Assembly: GCA_022819805.1 (NCBI GenBank)
Contig: JAJEGO010000016.1
Coordinates: 1-57,397, forward strand
Direction: 5' to 3'
DNA: 57,397 bases
Origin: Candidatus Dadabacteria bacterium
GTDB taxonomy: Bacteria > Desulfobacterota_D > UBA1144 > Nemesobacterales > Nemesobacteraceae
Positions 19,248 through 29,930 of the stretch are shown here, piece by piece; position 1 is the first letter of the stretch, and each line of letters opens with the position of its first letter. The notes under the pieces are model-generated. The model was not told the DNA's origin and searched no databases. It saw only the letters and a list, made by a program, of their open reading frames with translations. Both the position numbers and the translations under genes were made by a program.

Positions 19248-20315
19248 TTACCCGATTATCCGCTCGATTTCGTTTGCTATCTCCCGGGCGGCCTGGGGCC
19301 GCGCCAGTTTCTTTGAGTTCTCCGCCATCCTCCCCAGGGTGGATTGCTCAAGGGTTTTCTCCATAACCGCGCAGAGACCTTCGACCGAAAGCTCTTTTTC
19401 CTCTATAACCACCGCCGCCGCGCTCGACTCGAGGACCTTGGCGTTTTTCAGTTGATGGTCGTGCGTGGACGAGGGAAGGGGAACCAGTATTGACGGTATG
19501 CCGAATGCTGTTATCTCAGACAGGGTTCCCGAGCCCGCCCTGCAGATCACAAGATCCGTTTTCTCGTAAACCCGGGACATGTCGTCTGTAAATCCGAATA
19601 CTTCGGCCGAAATGCCGAGCTGGCGGTAGGTTTCCCTTACGCTTTCCGCCTGGGCTTCCCCGGTCTGGTGGGTTACGTTTACCCGTTCAGCCAGCTTTCC
19701 TAGGGACAGGGGAACGATTTCGTTCAGTTTCCGCGCTCCCTGGCTTCCTCCGAGCACGAATACGTTTCGCGGGGCGTTCTGCCGGGGTTTTTTCTCCGCG
19801 GCGCCGCGTGCAAGATCGTGTCTTATGGGGTTTCCGGTGAGCAGCGTTTTTTCCGCCGGAAGATGCTCTTTGCTTTCTTCGAAAGTTATGAATATCTTCC
19901 CGACGAATCTTGAGAGGATTCTGTTGGCAAGCCCGGGAACGCAATTCTGTTCGCAGATGGCGGTCGGTATGGAACTCATGGATGCGCACAGCAGGGTAGG
20001 TCCGGATGCATATCCGCCGACTCCTATCACTGCGTCAGGCCTGAAATCCCTAAGTATTCTGAGTGAACTCAGCATCGCTCCGAGTATCGATATCACCGCC
20101 GCCACCTTCTGGAAAAAGCTTTTTCCCACAATCCCTCTTGAATTTATGAATTCGACTCTGTATCCCATCTCGGGAAGAATCTTTTTTTCGATTCCCTGAT
20201 CGGTTCCCACGAACAGAACCTCGTTTCCGCCGTTTCTCCGAAGTATCTCTTCCGCGATTGATATCGCGGGGAAAACATGTCCACCTGTTCCTCCTCCGGC
20301 TATTATCACCCTCAT
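19248..20315 (-). CDS. murG: Lipid II N-acetylglucosaminyltransferase
   Basis: GGGTGGHVFP, GGYAS, EQN..PG, GGSQGA and RAGSGT motifs. Confidence 0.98.
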   Translation of the reverse strand: MRVIIAGGGTGGHVFPAISIAEEILRRNGGNEVLFVGTDQGIEKKILPEMGYRVEFINSRGIVGKSFFQKVAAVISILGAMLSSLRILRDFRPDAVIGVGGYASGPTLLCASMSSIPTAICEQNCVPGLANRILSRFVGKIFITFEESKEHLPAEKTLLTGNPIRHDLARGAAEKKPRQNAPRNVFVLGGSQGARKLNEIVPLSLGKLAERVNVTHQTGEAQAESVRETYRQLGISAEVFGFTDDMSRVYEKTDLVICRAGSGTLSEITAFGIPSILVPLPSSTHDHQLKNAKVLESSAAAVVIEEKELSVEGLCAVMEKTLEQSTLGRMAENSKKLARPQAAREIANEIERIIG

Positions 20316-21421
20316 CTTTCCTTAGTGCTGAACCTAGAGACGCTCAGTATGATTCCGAACGCCGCAAGTGTCGATACAAGAGAACTTCCTCCGTAGCTTA
20401 CAAGAGGCAGCGTCAGTCCCGTGGTCGGAAAAAGACCGACTGCCACTCCCATGTTAAGTGCCGCCTGAAGCGTTATCAGCGCCGTGAAACCGAATACCAT
20501 GTATTTTGAGAAAGGGTCTTCTGCCCGCATTGATATCCTCACGCATCTCAGCAAAATCATGAGAAAAAGCGTGATTAACGTCATTACTCCTATGAATCCG
20601 AATTCCTCGCCTATTATCGAGAAGATGAAGTCGGTGTGGGCCTGGGGAAGGAAAAGCAGTTTCTGGGAACTGTTTCCAAGCCCGCTTCCGTATATTCCGC
20701 CGAGACCGAAAGCCATGAACGACTGAACGGCCTGATATCCCGAGCCGAGAGGGTCTTTCCACGGGTCAAGAAACGACATTATCCTCTCCATCCTGTAACC
20801 CTCATTAAGGATGGCCAGCGTGAGCAGAGCCACGGCCCCGATCCCGATGCTGAGGAGGTATCTGATTTTAGTTCCTCCAACAAAGAGCATTATGAAAAGA
20901 ATTGCCAGAACCACAAAAGAGGTTCCGAGGTCCGGCCCGGCGAGAATAAGCCCCACGTAGGCGCCGCCGGCGAGCAGGGGAGAGAAAAGGCCGATCCAGA
21001 AGCTGTCCATCTTGCCTTCCTTCTTGAACAGGAAATGTGCCATGTAGATGACCAGCATATATTTGCAGAACTCAGACGGCTGGAACGAAAATCCCCCGAC
21101 CGAAAGCCACCTTCGTCCCCCGCCGACCTCCTTTCCTATCTCGGGAACAAGCACGAGCACGAGCAGGGCGAGTCCGAGCAGGTAGCCTGGGTAGACCAGT
21201 TTTCTTACAAAAGACGGCTTCACGTGCATCAATGTCACCATGGCCGCTATTCCCACCAGGAGATATATGACGTGGAATTTGAGAAAACGCATTGAGTTGT
21301 GATAGGTCTCAAGCGAATATATCGAGCTTGAGTTGTATACGGCCACCACACCGATTCCCGCCACTATCAGCACGAGCCCGAGAAGCAGTATGTCGAAATC
21401 CCTGTTTTTGAAATCAAACAT
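20312..21421 (-). CDS. ftsW: SEDS peptidoglycan polymerase FtsW
   Basis: RWL, FQPSEF, PDLG, AHTDFIFSIIGEE and LPLVSYGGSS motifs. Confidence 0.97.
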   Translation of the reverse strand: MFDFKNRDFDILLLGLVLIVAGIGVVAVYNSSSIYSLETYHNSMRFLKFHVIYLLVGIAAMVTLMHVKPSFVRKLVYPGYLLGLALLVLVLVPEIGKEVGGGRRWLSVGGFSFQPSEFCKYMLVIYMAHFLFKKEGKMDSFWIGLFSPLLAGGAYVGLILAGPDLGTSFVVLAILFIMLFVGGTKIRYLLSIGIGAVALLTLAILNEGYRMERIMSFLDPWKDPLGSGYQAVQSFMAFGLGGIYGSGLGNSSQKLLFLPQAHTDFIFSIIGEEFGFIGVMTLITLFLMILLRCVRISMRAEDPFSKYMVFGFTALITLQAALNMGVAVGLFPTTGLTLPLVSYGGSSLVSTLAAFGIILSVSRFSTKER

Positions 21422-22742
21422 CTCTCACGATCTCCTTAAACAGGTTTCCCCTTTCCTCGTATGAGCGAAACATGTCAAAGCTTGAGCATCCGGGGGAAAA
21501 CAGAAGCGTGTCTCCGGCTTCCGACAGTTCAAAAGCGCTTTGCGCCGCTTCTTCGAGAGACTCCGCGCATGTTGTCTGCGCCAGGCCGCCCAGTTGGGCG
21601 CGCATCTTTTCCTTTGTTTCCCCCATGAAGACCAGGGCTTTCACCTTGCTTGCAACGGCATCCTTCAGACAGTTGTAGTCAACTCCCTTGTCCTTCCCCC
21701 CGGCGACCAGTATGATCGGGGAGGGCAGGCTCTCAATTGCTCTCAAGGTGGCGAAGGGGGTTGTGGATTTCGAGTCGTTATACACATTCACTCCCTTTGC
21801 CGTCAGTACGAATTCCATCCTGTGGGGAAGCGGGCGGAATTCATCTATGCCTTTCTGCACGGAATCCTGCTCGCAGCCCAGTATGCCCGCCACCGCCACC
21901 GCGGCCATTATGTTCTCCTTGTTGTGTTCTCCAACAAGTGCCGTGTCCCGAAGGCAGAAGGACAGTTCTCCGAACACTATTTCATCTTCCCTGCAGTAAA
22001 CGTCGGTCTTCTCCTCCCGGGTTCCGAAAGACACTTTTTTCGCCATGAACTCACCCGAGCCTTTAAGCACCGCGGGGTCTTCCGCGTTGAACACGGCCCA
22101 GTCATCTTCGGTCTGGTTTGCGAAAAGCCTGAGCTTTGCCGCCTCGTACTCTTCCATGCTGGAGTGGTGATCCAGGTGGTTTGGCGATATGTTGAGTATC
22201 ACTGCGATGTGCGGAGTGAAATTCCTTATCCCCTGGAGCTGGAAACTGCTGAGTTCAAGCAGCAGAAAGTCGTACTCATCGTCCTTTCCGGCTACCGATA
22301 TAAGGGGCGTTCCTATGTTTCCTCCCGTGAAAACTCTCAAGCCGCTTCGTCCGAGGATTTCCGAGAGAAGGGACGTGGTCGTTGTTTTTCCGTTTGTTCC
22401 CGTTATTCCTATTACAGGCTTTGATATGAAATTCCACGCAAGCTCGATTTCGCTTATTACCGTTTTTCCGGCTCCCAGGGCGTCCCTGATCTCGGGAAGA
22501 TCAAACCTTACCCCGGGGCTCAGCACCACCGTGTCGGCCCATTCGAAAAGTTCGGGCGCGTGAGTGCCGCACCGGATTTCCATGCCCCCTGCCGCAAGTT
22601 CTTCCACCGCGGGTCCGAGTTCCCGAGCCTCTCTCGAGTCGGTTGCCTTTACCGGGGCTCCCTTGGAGTGGAGAAATTTCGAGGTCTCAACTCCCGTTAC
22701 CCCGAGACCGACGACCAAGAATCTGTTTTCTCCTAGTTCCAT
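21414..22742 (-). CDS. murD: UDP-MurNAc-L-Ala-D-glutamate ligase
   Basis: VGLGVTG, ITGTNGKTTTT, ELSSFQL, HLDHH, NDSKST and SPGCSSFDMF motifs. Confidence 0.98.
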   Translation of the reverse strand: MELGENRFLVVGLGVTGVETSKFLHSKGAPVKATDSREARELGPAVEELAAGGMEIRCGTHAPELFEWADTVVLSPGVRFDLPEIRDALGAGKTVISEIELAWNFISKPVIGITGTNGKTTTTSLLSEILGRSGLRVFTGGNIGTPLISVAGKDDEYDFLLLELSSFQLQGIRNFTPHIAVILNISPNHLDHHSSMEEYEAAKLRLFANQTEDDWAVFNAEDPAVLKGSGEFMAKKVSFGTREEKTDVYCREDEIVFGELSFCLRDTALVGEHNKENIMAAVAVAGILGCEQDSVQKGIDEFRPLPHRMEFVLTAKGVNVYNDSKSTTPFATLRAIESLPSPIILVAGGKDKGVDYNCLKDAVASKVKALVFMGETKEKMRAQLGGLAQTTCAESLEEAAQSAFELSEAGDTLLFSPGCSSFDMFRSYEERGNLFKEIVRDV

Positions 22743-22746
22743 ATGA

Positions 22747-23859
22747 TCACCTTATCTTCAGGCTTGACAGAGCAACAATAGAGAGGACCACGCATATTAT
22801 CCAGAAACGCACCACCACCTTTGATTCTGCCCATCCGGCAAGCTCGAAATGGTGATGAAGGGGCGTCATCCTGAAAACCCTTTTGCCGGTAGAGCGAAAC
22901 GAGATCACCTGGATTATCACTGAAAGGGTTTCGACGAAGAATATCCCGCCGGCCACTATCAGGAGCAGTTCCTGCTTTATCATAAGGGCGCTGAATCCTA
23001 TTGCGGCTCCCAGCGAAAGAGAGCCCACGTCTCCCATGAAAACCTCGGCGGGATGGGAGTTGTACCAGAGGAATCCTAGGCATGCTCCTCCGACCGCCGC
23101 GAGGAAAATGGCAATTTCCCCGGCTCCCTGCACGTGCGGGATCTGCAGGTAGCTTGCAAACTGCAGGTTCCCGGCCAGATAAGCGAAGACTATGTAGGTA
23201 GTGGTTACAATGGCAAGCGAACCTATTGCCAGCCCGTCAAGGCCGTCGGTGAGATTCACTGCGTTTGAGGAACCTACGGTGACCAGGAGGGCGAAAACTA
23301 TGTAGAGGTACCCAAAATCCACAACGGCCTGCTTTATGAACGGAAACACCACGGAGGTCGAGGAATACACCGCGCTTTCGCCGGCCCTCATGGACATTGA
23401 GAAACTTCCGCTCTCATTCATGCAGAGAATAACCACAAACGTCACCGCGATGAGCGCCTGGCAGAGAAACTTTACCCTCGCCCTTATCCCCTTTCCCCTC
23501 CTTACCTTTATAAAATCGTCGAAAAATCCCAGGATGGCGAAGCTTACCGTAAAGAGAAGTACCAGCATGACCTTGTCTACCAGGAAATTTGTCCACAGAA
23601 GGGAGGAGATGATTATCGCCATTACGATGAATATTCCACCCATGGTGGGAGTGCCGGCTTTCGCGCCGTGGCTGCTGGGTCCGTCTTTGCGTATGGTTTC
23701 TTGGAACTGGGCCGCTTTAAGGAGGTCGATCAGCTTTTTTCCCAGGAAAACGCAGAGGAGAAACGAAGTCACCCCGGCCCCGAAAGAGCGGAAAGTTATG
23801 TACTTGAATACATTGAGCAAAATGAAATCGTCTTTTAGAAGATGCAGAAAGTAGAGCAT
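22747..23859 (-). CDS. mraY: Phospho-N-acetylmuramoyl-pentapeptide transferase
   Basis: GTPTMGG, NAVNLTDGLDGLA, VFMGDVGS and PLHHHFEL motifs. Confidence 0.98.
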   Translation of the reverse strand: MLYFLHLLKDDFILLNVFKYITFRSFGAGVTSFLLCVFLGKKLIDLLKAAQFQETIRKDGPSSHGAKAGTPTMGGIFIVMAIIISSLLWTNFLVDKVMLVLLFTVSFAILGFFDDFIKVRRGKGIRARVKFLCQALIAVTFVVILCMNESGSFSMSMRAGESAVYSSTSVVFPFIKQAVVDFGYLYIVFALLVTVGSSNAVNLTDGLDGLAIGSLAIVTTTYIVFAYLAGNLQFASYLQIPHVQGAGEIAIFLAAVGGACLGFLWYNSHPAEVFMGDVGSLSLGAAIGFSALMIKQELLLIVAGGIFFVETLSVIIQVISFRSTGKRVFRMTPLHHHFELAGWAESKVVVRFWIICVVLSIVALSSLKIR

Positions 23860-23861
23860 GG

Positions 23862-25253
23862 CTATTTTTTATAAAGCGTCTGTATTACCGCCTCCATTCT
23901 CATTCCCCGCGACCCTTTCACAAGCACTACGTCGTCCTCTCCGCATACCTCAAGAAGCAGGGCTGCCGCTTCCTGCGGACTCTTTGCCACGTGACACTCC
24001 GTCTGTCCCCGTACCGCAGACACGAGGGACCGGGAGAATTCTCCCATGGCAACCACCATGTCCAGACCGAGCTGGGAAACATGTTCCCCGATCAGTTCGT
24101 GCTCCCTCTCGCTGCTCTCTCCCAGTTCCAGCATGTCGCCGAGGACGGCCACAGCTTTTGTCTTGTCGCTGCGGTGGCCGGCAAGTTCGTCAAGCGCCGC
24201 GCGCATCGAGTCGGGATTCGCGTTGTACGCGTCGTTTATGATTCTGAAGCCAAACGGGGTGCGGAGGACTTCAAGGCGCATGGCCGAGGGAACATATTTT
24301 TCAAGACCGGCCAGTATCTCGTTCATTCCGCATCCGAGCGAATACCCGAGAGCGGAGGCGGAGAGGGCGTTTGAAACGTTGTGAGCGCCTATTCCCTTTA
24401 TCCTCGTTCTGGCCGACTGCTCGCCGATATGTATGGTGAATTCGATGGATTCCATCCCCTCATGGCTGATATCGCCTGCCCTTATGAAAGCCTCCCGGGA
24501 AGCGATTCCGTACGTTATCTTCCGGCAGCGCACGCTGTCGGCTATTTTCCCCACCCAGGGATCGTCAATATTTACGCAGAAAGTGTTTTCCTCTCCGAAG
24601 TTTTCAACCAGTTCGCCCTTTGCCCTCGCGACTCCCCCAAGGTCTTTCATCTCTTCCAGGTGGGCTTTTCCTACCGTGGTGATCGTTCCCACATCGGGCG
24701 AGGCCACGTCCGCAAGGGTTCTTATCTCCCCGAAAGAGTTCATTCCCATCTCAAGCACGCAGAAATCGTGTTCATCCTCCAGTTTCAGCAGGCTTAGCGG
24801 AAGACCTATATGATTGTTGAGGTTGCCGTGGGTGCTCAGCACGCTGCCTGATACCGACAGTATGCTGTGAGTCATGTTCTTGGTTGTGGTTTTTCCGTTT
24901 GAACCCGTAATGGCGGCGACTTTTAGGTCGGGGAACGAGTTTCTCCAGTGTCTTGACATCTCAAGGAGGGCTTTCTGCGTGGATTCGACCTTTATTATCG
25001 CGCCGCAGCTATGCTTGGCGTCCCGTATCTGCGGGTGCTTTTCCACTATCGCTCCCACGGAGCCTTTTTCAAAAGCTTCGGCGACATAATCGTGTCCGTC
25101 GAAATTGGGACCTTCTATGGCGACGAAAAGCTGGTCTCTCTTTATCTTCCTCGAATCAATGGAAACCCCCGAAGCTCCGATCGGCATCTTGCCGCCGACG
25201 AGACTCCCTCCCGTGGAATCTAGCAGGAAATCAAGGCTGAATCTCAAAGTCAT
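23862..25253 (-). CDS. murF: UDP-MurNAc-tripeptide-D-Ala-D-Ala ligase
   Basis: ITGSNGKTTTK, NLNNHIG.P, NDAYNANP.SM and LGDMLELG motifs. Confidence 0.97.
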   Translation of the reverse strand: MTLRFSLDFLLDSTGGSLVGGKMPIGASGVSIDSRKIKRDQLFVAIEGPNFDGHDYVAEAFEKGSVGAIVEKHPQIRDAKHSCGAIIKVESTQKALLEMSRHWRNSFPDLKVAAITGSNGKTTTKNMTHSILSVSGSVLSTHGNLNNHIGLPLSLLKLEDEHDFCVLEMGMNSFGEIRTLADVASPDVGTITTVGKAHLEEMKDLGGVARAKGELVENFGEENTFCVNIDDPWVGKIADSVRCRKITYGIASREAFIRAGDISHEGMESIEFTIHIGEQSARTRIKGIGAHNVSNALSASALGYSLGCGMNEILAGLEKYVPSAMRLEVLRTPFGFRIINDAYNANPDSMRAALDELAGHRSDKTKAVAVLGDMLELGESSEREHELIGEHVSQLGLDMVVAMGEFSRSLVSAVRGQTECHVAKSPQEAAALLLEVCGEDDVVLVKGSRGMRMEAVIQTLYKK

Positions 25254-26746
25254 CTCCCGTCCTTGGTTTTAAGGTATCTCTCTGCGATTTCCCTGTCGTC
25301 AAAATGAATTTTCTCGGTACCGATTATCTGGTAGTCTTCGTGCCCTTTCCCCGCTATGAGGATCGTGTCTCCCCCTCCGGCCTTGCTCACGGCGTGTTTT
25401 ATGGCTTCCTCCCTGTCGGCTATTACAACCACCCCCGGATCCCGGGACTCTACCCCCTCGGTCATATCCGCTATGATCCCGTCCGGGTCTTCTGTCCTGG
25501 GATTGTCCGAGGTTATTATCAGCATGTCTGAATACCTGCGCCCGACCGCGGCCATGAGGGGTCGTTTTCTCCTGTCCCTGTCCCCCCCGCAGCCCACCAG
25601 GGTGATGAGCCTCTGCGCGCAGAAGGGTTTCAGGCACTCAAGCACGTTCTCAAGCGCGTCGGGAGTGTGAGCGTAGTCCACGAAAACATCTATTCCCGAG
25701 GAGTTTTCGATTTTCTCGAGTCTTCCCGGTATTCGCGAGAGTTCACTCAGCGCTCTCCCGGTTGTCCCGGGGGACGAACCGAGAGAGAGGAGCGTTCCGG
25801 TTGCCGCCATCATGTTGTAGAGGTTGTGTTTCCCCATGAGTTTTGAGTCAAGTTCCACCTTGCCCCACGGGGTGGCCAGTTTGGCCTTTATGCCTCCCGA
25901 ATCAAGCGTGAAATTCTCCGCGAATACAACAGAGTCTTTTTTTTTCGTAGAAAACGTTATTTTTTGACTTCTTTCCGGGACGGATATCCTGTTTGCGAGG
26001 GGATCGTCCGCGTTTATTATCGAGAACAGTTCTTTTTTTTCGCTTTTCTCGAGAATTTCCGAGAAAAGCCTTTCCTTGGCCCTGAAGTAATCTTCAAGCG
26101 TCTGGTGGTAGTCTAGGTGATCCTGGGTCAGGTTCGTGAATACCGCCGCGTCGAAATGACATCCGTCGACCCTTTTTAGGTCAAGAGCGTGCGAGGATAC
26201 CTCGAGCGCGACGTTCCTCACTCCTGCGTCTTTCATCTCGCGCAGCGTGCTCATAAAGGCGATTGGGTCGGGCGTGGTAAGGGATGCGGCTTCGGCTCGC
26301 CCCATGTATCTGTTCTCTATGGTTCCCAAAAGCCCCGTGTTTATCCCCTCGGCCTTCCAGCCGGCTTCGATCATGTGAGACACCGTGGTTTTTCCGTTGG
26401 TTCCCGTCACACCCGCGACTTTCATTGAGAGGGAAGGGTGGTCGTGGAAATTGGAGGCGACTATGGAGGCCGCGGTCCTTGAGTCAACTGTTTTCGCTAC
26501 GGGAATCCCAAGGCCCCGTATTTCTTCGGAGATTTCCTCAACCACAAGTGCCGCCGCTCCTTTTTCTGCCGCGGAGGCGGCGTATGCGTGCCCGTCAGCA
26601 ACTTTGCCCCTGATAGCAATAAAAAGGGAGCCTGGTTCCACGTTCTGCGAGTTGAGGGTTATTCCTGTGATTTCCGTATCTCCCGGATTCCGAGATCCAG
26701 TTAACGTTTCAATTCCTGCGTTTTCCAGAACATCCGCTAATCTCAT
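25250..26746 (-). CDS. murE: UDP-MurNAc-dipeptide-meso-DAP ligase
   Basis: GVTGTNGKTT, EVSSH, DYAHTPDAL and DNPR (meso-DAP specificity) motifs. Confidence 0.98.
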   Translation of the reverse strand: MRLADVLENAGIETLTGSRNPGDTEITGITLNSQNVEPGSLFIAIRGKVADGHAYAASAAEKGAAALVVEEISEEIRGLGIPVAKTVDSRTAASIVASNFHDHPSLSMKVAGVTGTNGKTTVSHMIEAGWKAEGINTGLLGTIENRYMGRAEAASLTTPDPIAFMSTLREMKDAGVRNVALEVSSHALDLKRVDGCHFDAAVFTNLTQDHLDYHQTLEDYFRAKERLFSEILEKSEKKELFSIINADDPLANRISVPERSQKITFSTKKKDSVVFAENFTLDSGGIKAKLATPWGKVELDSKLMGKHNLYNMMAATGTLLSLGSSPGTTGRALSELSRIPGRLEKIENSSGIDVFVDYAHTPDALENVLECLKPFCAQRLITLVGCGGDRDRRKRPLMAAVGRRYSDMLIITSDNPRTEDPDGIIADMTEGVESRDPGVVVIADREEAIKHAVSKAGGGDTILIAGKGHEDYQIIGTEKIHFDDREIAERYLKTKDGR

Positions 26747-28623
26747 ATGTTCTGCTTAAGGGTAAAAGTGCAGTCTGTTCCCCTTTTTATCTTTTTTCCC
26801 GAGGGCGGGTACTGGCTGACCACGTAACCGCTTCCTATGAACCTGACCGAGACCTCCTCCTTCTCCGCCCACTTCATCACGGCTCTCGCGCTTTTGTTTG
26901 CCATGTCCGGCATAACTGTTTCCTTAAACTTTTTCTCGCGTGGAGGTATGCGCATGTAAAACAGGACTTTTTCGGTTATGGATTTGAAAATGGGTGCCGC
27001 GACCACCCCTCCGTAAGTGTGTTTTCTGGGGTTCTCAACAATTACCACTAGGGCCAGACGCGGGTCGTCAGCGGGAGCGAACCCGATAAACGACGAAAGA
27101 TATCTGTTCTCGTAATAAGTGCCGGTCTCTGGGTTGGGCATCTGCGCCGTGCCTGTTTTCCCGGCGATTTTGTAACCGGAGATCCTGGCATTTTTGCCCG
27201 TGCCGTTTTCAACCACCTGTTCAAGAATTTCGGTGACCGTGGAAGCCGTATCGTAGGAGATGACTCTTTTGAGCACTTCCGGGTTTTTCTCCAAGATGAC
27301 TTTTCCATCCGGCGAGACGATTTTCTTCACGATGTAGGGTTTCATGAAGTATCCGCCGTTTGCGATGCTGGAGAGTGCGGTTGCCAGCTGGATAGCCGTT
27401 ACCGATATTCCCTGCCCGAACGATATAGTCGCCAGTTCTATATCTCCCCATCTTCTGAGGTTCTGTATTCTTCCGCTGGCTTCCCCGGGAAGATCCACTC
27501 CAACCGTTTTTCCAAAACCGAAATTTCTGAGCGAATCGTGAAGTTTTTTCTTTCCCAGAGTCTTCCCCATTTTCCAGGCGCATATGTTGCTTGAATACGT
27601 TATGGTCTCGGAAACTGTCAGGATTCCGTGCTCGTGGACGTCTTTTATTACCTTCGGGCCGACTCTCTGCTTTCCGTTCTCGCAGTCATACTCGGTATTC
27701 TCATCCCCCATTTTTTCTTCAAGCAGCGTTGCGGCCAGGAACACCTTGAGCGTCGAGCCGGGCTCAAAGGACATCCATACGGGAAGGTTCTTTCTCGTCT
27801 TCTGGGAGAACTCGCCGAAACGGTTCGGGTCAAAAAACGGATAGGAGGCCATGGAGAGTATCTCACCGGTTTGAGGATTCATCAGGAGGACGGCACCCCT
27901 ATCCGCTTTCATTTTTCTTATGCCCTTTGCAAGGGCGGTCTCAGTTATGTGCTGTATATTGGAATCCACGGTAAGCAGTACGTCGTTTCCTTTCGTTGAC
28001 TGCTCTTTTGCGTTAAGCAGGGCATCGGATATGCGGTTTCCCCTGCCGTCGGTTCTGATTCTGGCCGTGGCGGGTTTTCCGGCAAGCATCTTCTCAAAGC
28101 CGTATTCAAGACCCTCCACTCCTTTAAGATCGATGTTGGTGAATCCGATTGCTTGTCCGAGCATGGAACCGTTGGGATAGATTCTTTTCGGTTCTTCGGC
28201 GAAGCCCACCCCGGGAATGCCCAACGCCTCTATTTTTTTTGCGGTCTCGCGATCCTCACCCCGTTTGATCCATACGAAGGGCTTATCGGAGCGCGCAAGG
28301 CTGAGCAGCTTCTTGCTGGAGATGCCAAGCGGTTTCGATATTGCCCGTGCGAGTTTGTCCGGATCCTTTACTTTCTTGGGGTTCAGATAGATTGAAGTTG
28401 CCCATACGCTCGTGGCCAGAGGTTTTTTATTCCGGTCGTACAGGGCCCCCCGTATCGGAGGCATTTTATAAACCCTGCTGTGCTGCTTTTGCGCACCCGC
28501 GGAGAACTTGTCGCTTTGGAGAACCTGAAGCTCAAAGGACCTGTAGCCCAGAGCCACAAAGAGGCCGGCAATGAAAATCGTGGTAAAATAGAATTTCCAT
28601 CTACCTTTCTTTAAGTTCTTCAT
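26743..28623 (-). CDS. ftsI: Class B PBP FtsI with C-terminal PASTA-like domain
   Basis: FEPGSTLK (SxxK), SSN (SxN), GKTGTAQ (KTG) and position in the dcw cluster. Confidence 0.96.
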   Translation of the reverse strand: MKNLKKGRWKFYFTTIFIAGLFVALGYRSFELQVLQSDKFSAGAQKQHSRVYKMPPIRGALYDRNKKPLATSVWATSIYLNPKKVKDPDKLARAISKPLGISSKKLLSLARSDKPFVWIKRGEDRETAKKIEALGIPGVGFAEEPKRIYPNGSMLGQAIGFTNIDLKGVEGLEYGFEKMLAGKPATARIRTDGRGNRISDALLNAKEQSTKGNDVLLTVDSNIQHITETALAKGIRKMKADRGAVLLMNPQTGEILSMASYPFFDPNRFGEFSQKTRKNLPVWMSFEPGSTLKVFLAATLLEEKMGDENTEYDCENGKQRVGPKVIKDVHEHGILTVSETITYSSNICAWKMGKTLGKKKLHDSLRNFGFGKTVGVDLPGEASGRIQNLRRWGDIELATISFGQGISVTAIQLATALSSIANGGYFMKPYIVKKIVSPDGKVILEKNPEVLKRVISYDTASTVTEILEQVVENGTGKNARISGYKIAGKTGTAQMPNPETGTYYENRYLSSFIGFAPADDPRLALVVIVENPRKHTYGGVVAAPIFKSITEKVLFYMRIPPREKKFKETVMPDMANKSARAVMKWAEKEEVSVRFIGSGYVVSQYPPSGKKIKRGTDCTFTLKQNI

Positions 28624-28943
28624 TCTGCCTTTCCAGCGAGTACTACTTCTTCAACGAAAACAACATCGTTATAAGTGGCGAACCTGAATCCCATTTTCTT
28701 CGCCACAGGTTCCAGGAATTCGGGGGATTTGAGCTTCGAGAGCTCGTAGTTAAGGGTCTGACCTTCCTTTATAAGTTCCCTTTCAGTTTCTTTGTTTCTT
28801 GAGATTTCGTAACCGGTTCTGGTGTATTCGATCTTGACGCGCAGAAAGCAGATGGCAGTTACGAACAAGACCCCGAGGATAATCACTGTGCGCAGGGAAA
28901 ATCTTTTTTCTTTTTTTCTTCTTCCGGCAAGCTTTTTTCTCAT
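28620..28943 (-). CDS. ftsL: Cell division protein FtsL
   Basis: Basic N-terminus, one TM and a coiled coil (L.SPE.LE..AKKMG). Lies between rsmH and ftsI. Confidence 0.85.
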   Translation of the reverse strand: MRKKLAGRRKKEKRFSLRTVIILGVLFVTAICFLRVKIEYTRTGYEISRNKETERELIKEGQTLNYELSKLKSPEFLEPVAKKMGFRFATYNDVVFVEEVVLAGKAE

Positions 28944-28949
28944 TTGCGG

Positions 28950-29930
28950 CTATACCCCCTCTGCTACTCTCAATTTCGAACTTCTCGCCCTGGGATTCTC
29001 GGCCACCTCGCTTTTTGCCGGCCTTACGACCGAACGTGTCACCCTTCTTATCTGTTGAGCCCTTCCGCATGCGCATACGGGAAGGTCCGGAGGACAAACA
29101 CAGGGAGAGTCAAGTTTTTTGAACATGTTTTTAACTATTCTGTCCTCAAGCGAGTGGAAAGAGATTATCACCAGCCTTGCCCCGGTATTGAGAATCTTCA
29201 CGGCCTCTTCGATAAAGATTGCCAAGTTGTCCAGTTCGTTGTTAATCGAGATCCGAAGCGCCTGAAAGGTCTTGGTCGCGGGATGCGTTTTTTTGGGGTG
29301 AAACTTCTTCGGGATCGAGTTTGATATTATCGAGGCCAGTTCGAATGAAGTCTGTATGGGCTTTTTGGCCCTGCTTTTCACTATCGAGTTTGCGATTCTC
29401 CGTGAGAATTTCTCTTCACCGTATTCGCTGAGTATGTATTCGAGTTCCTCGTTTTTCATTTTATTTACGAGATCGTAGGCGGAGAACTGAAGACCCGCGT
29501 CCATTCTCATGTCGAGAAACTCGTTTTTCTTGAAACTGAATCCCTTGCCGCTTCGCTCAAGCTGGAAAGAGGAAATTCCCAAGTCGGCGACAATGCCGTC
29601 CACGTACTCTATTCCCATGGAGTTGACAGTGCTTTTTATGTGTATGAAATTCCTGTTTACGGTCTCCACCTTTTCCCTGCTTGCCGAAAGCCTTCCTTTC
29701 GCAAGAGAGATCGCGGCCTGATCAACGTCCATCCCTATCAGCTTCGATATTAAAGGGTATTCACTGAGAATCTGCTCGGAATGTCCGCCGAGACCCAAAG
29801 TCGCGTCGACCACGACGGCGCCCTCCGGCAGGTCAAGGTACTCAACCACTTCTCTTGCCATTACCGGCGAGTGGAACTGTTCCTGCGGTTCTGAACTTGC
29901 GGTCGCGGCTTTTATCTTCTCAGAGGCCAT
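28950..29930 (-). CDS. rsmH: 16S rRNA m4C1402 methyltransferase RsmH
   Basis: H.PVM, DATLGLGGHS, DLGISSFQL, LDMRMD, ISFHSLEDRIVK and NPRARS motifs. Confidence 0.98.
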   Translation of the reverse strand: MASEKIKAATASSEPQEQFHSPVMAREVVEYLDLPEGAVVVDATLGLGGHSEQILSEYPLISKLIGMDVDQAAISLAKGRLSASREKVETVNRNFIHIKSTVNSMGIEYVDGIVADLGISSFQLERSGKGFSFKKNEFLDMRMDAGLQFSAYDLVNKMKNEELEYILSEYGEEKFSRRIANSIVKSRAKKPIQTSFELASIISNSIPKKFHPKKTHPATKTFQALRISINNELDNLAIFIEEAVKILNTGARLVIISFHSLEDRIVKNMFKKLDSPCVCPPDLPVCACGRAQQIRRVTRSVVRPAKSEVAENPRARSSKLRVAEGV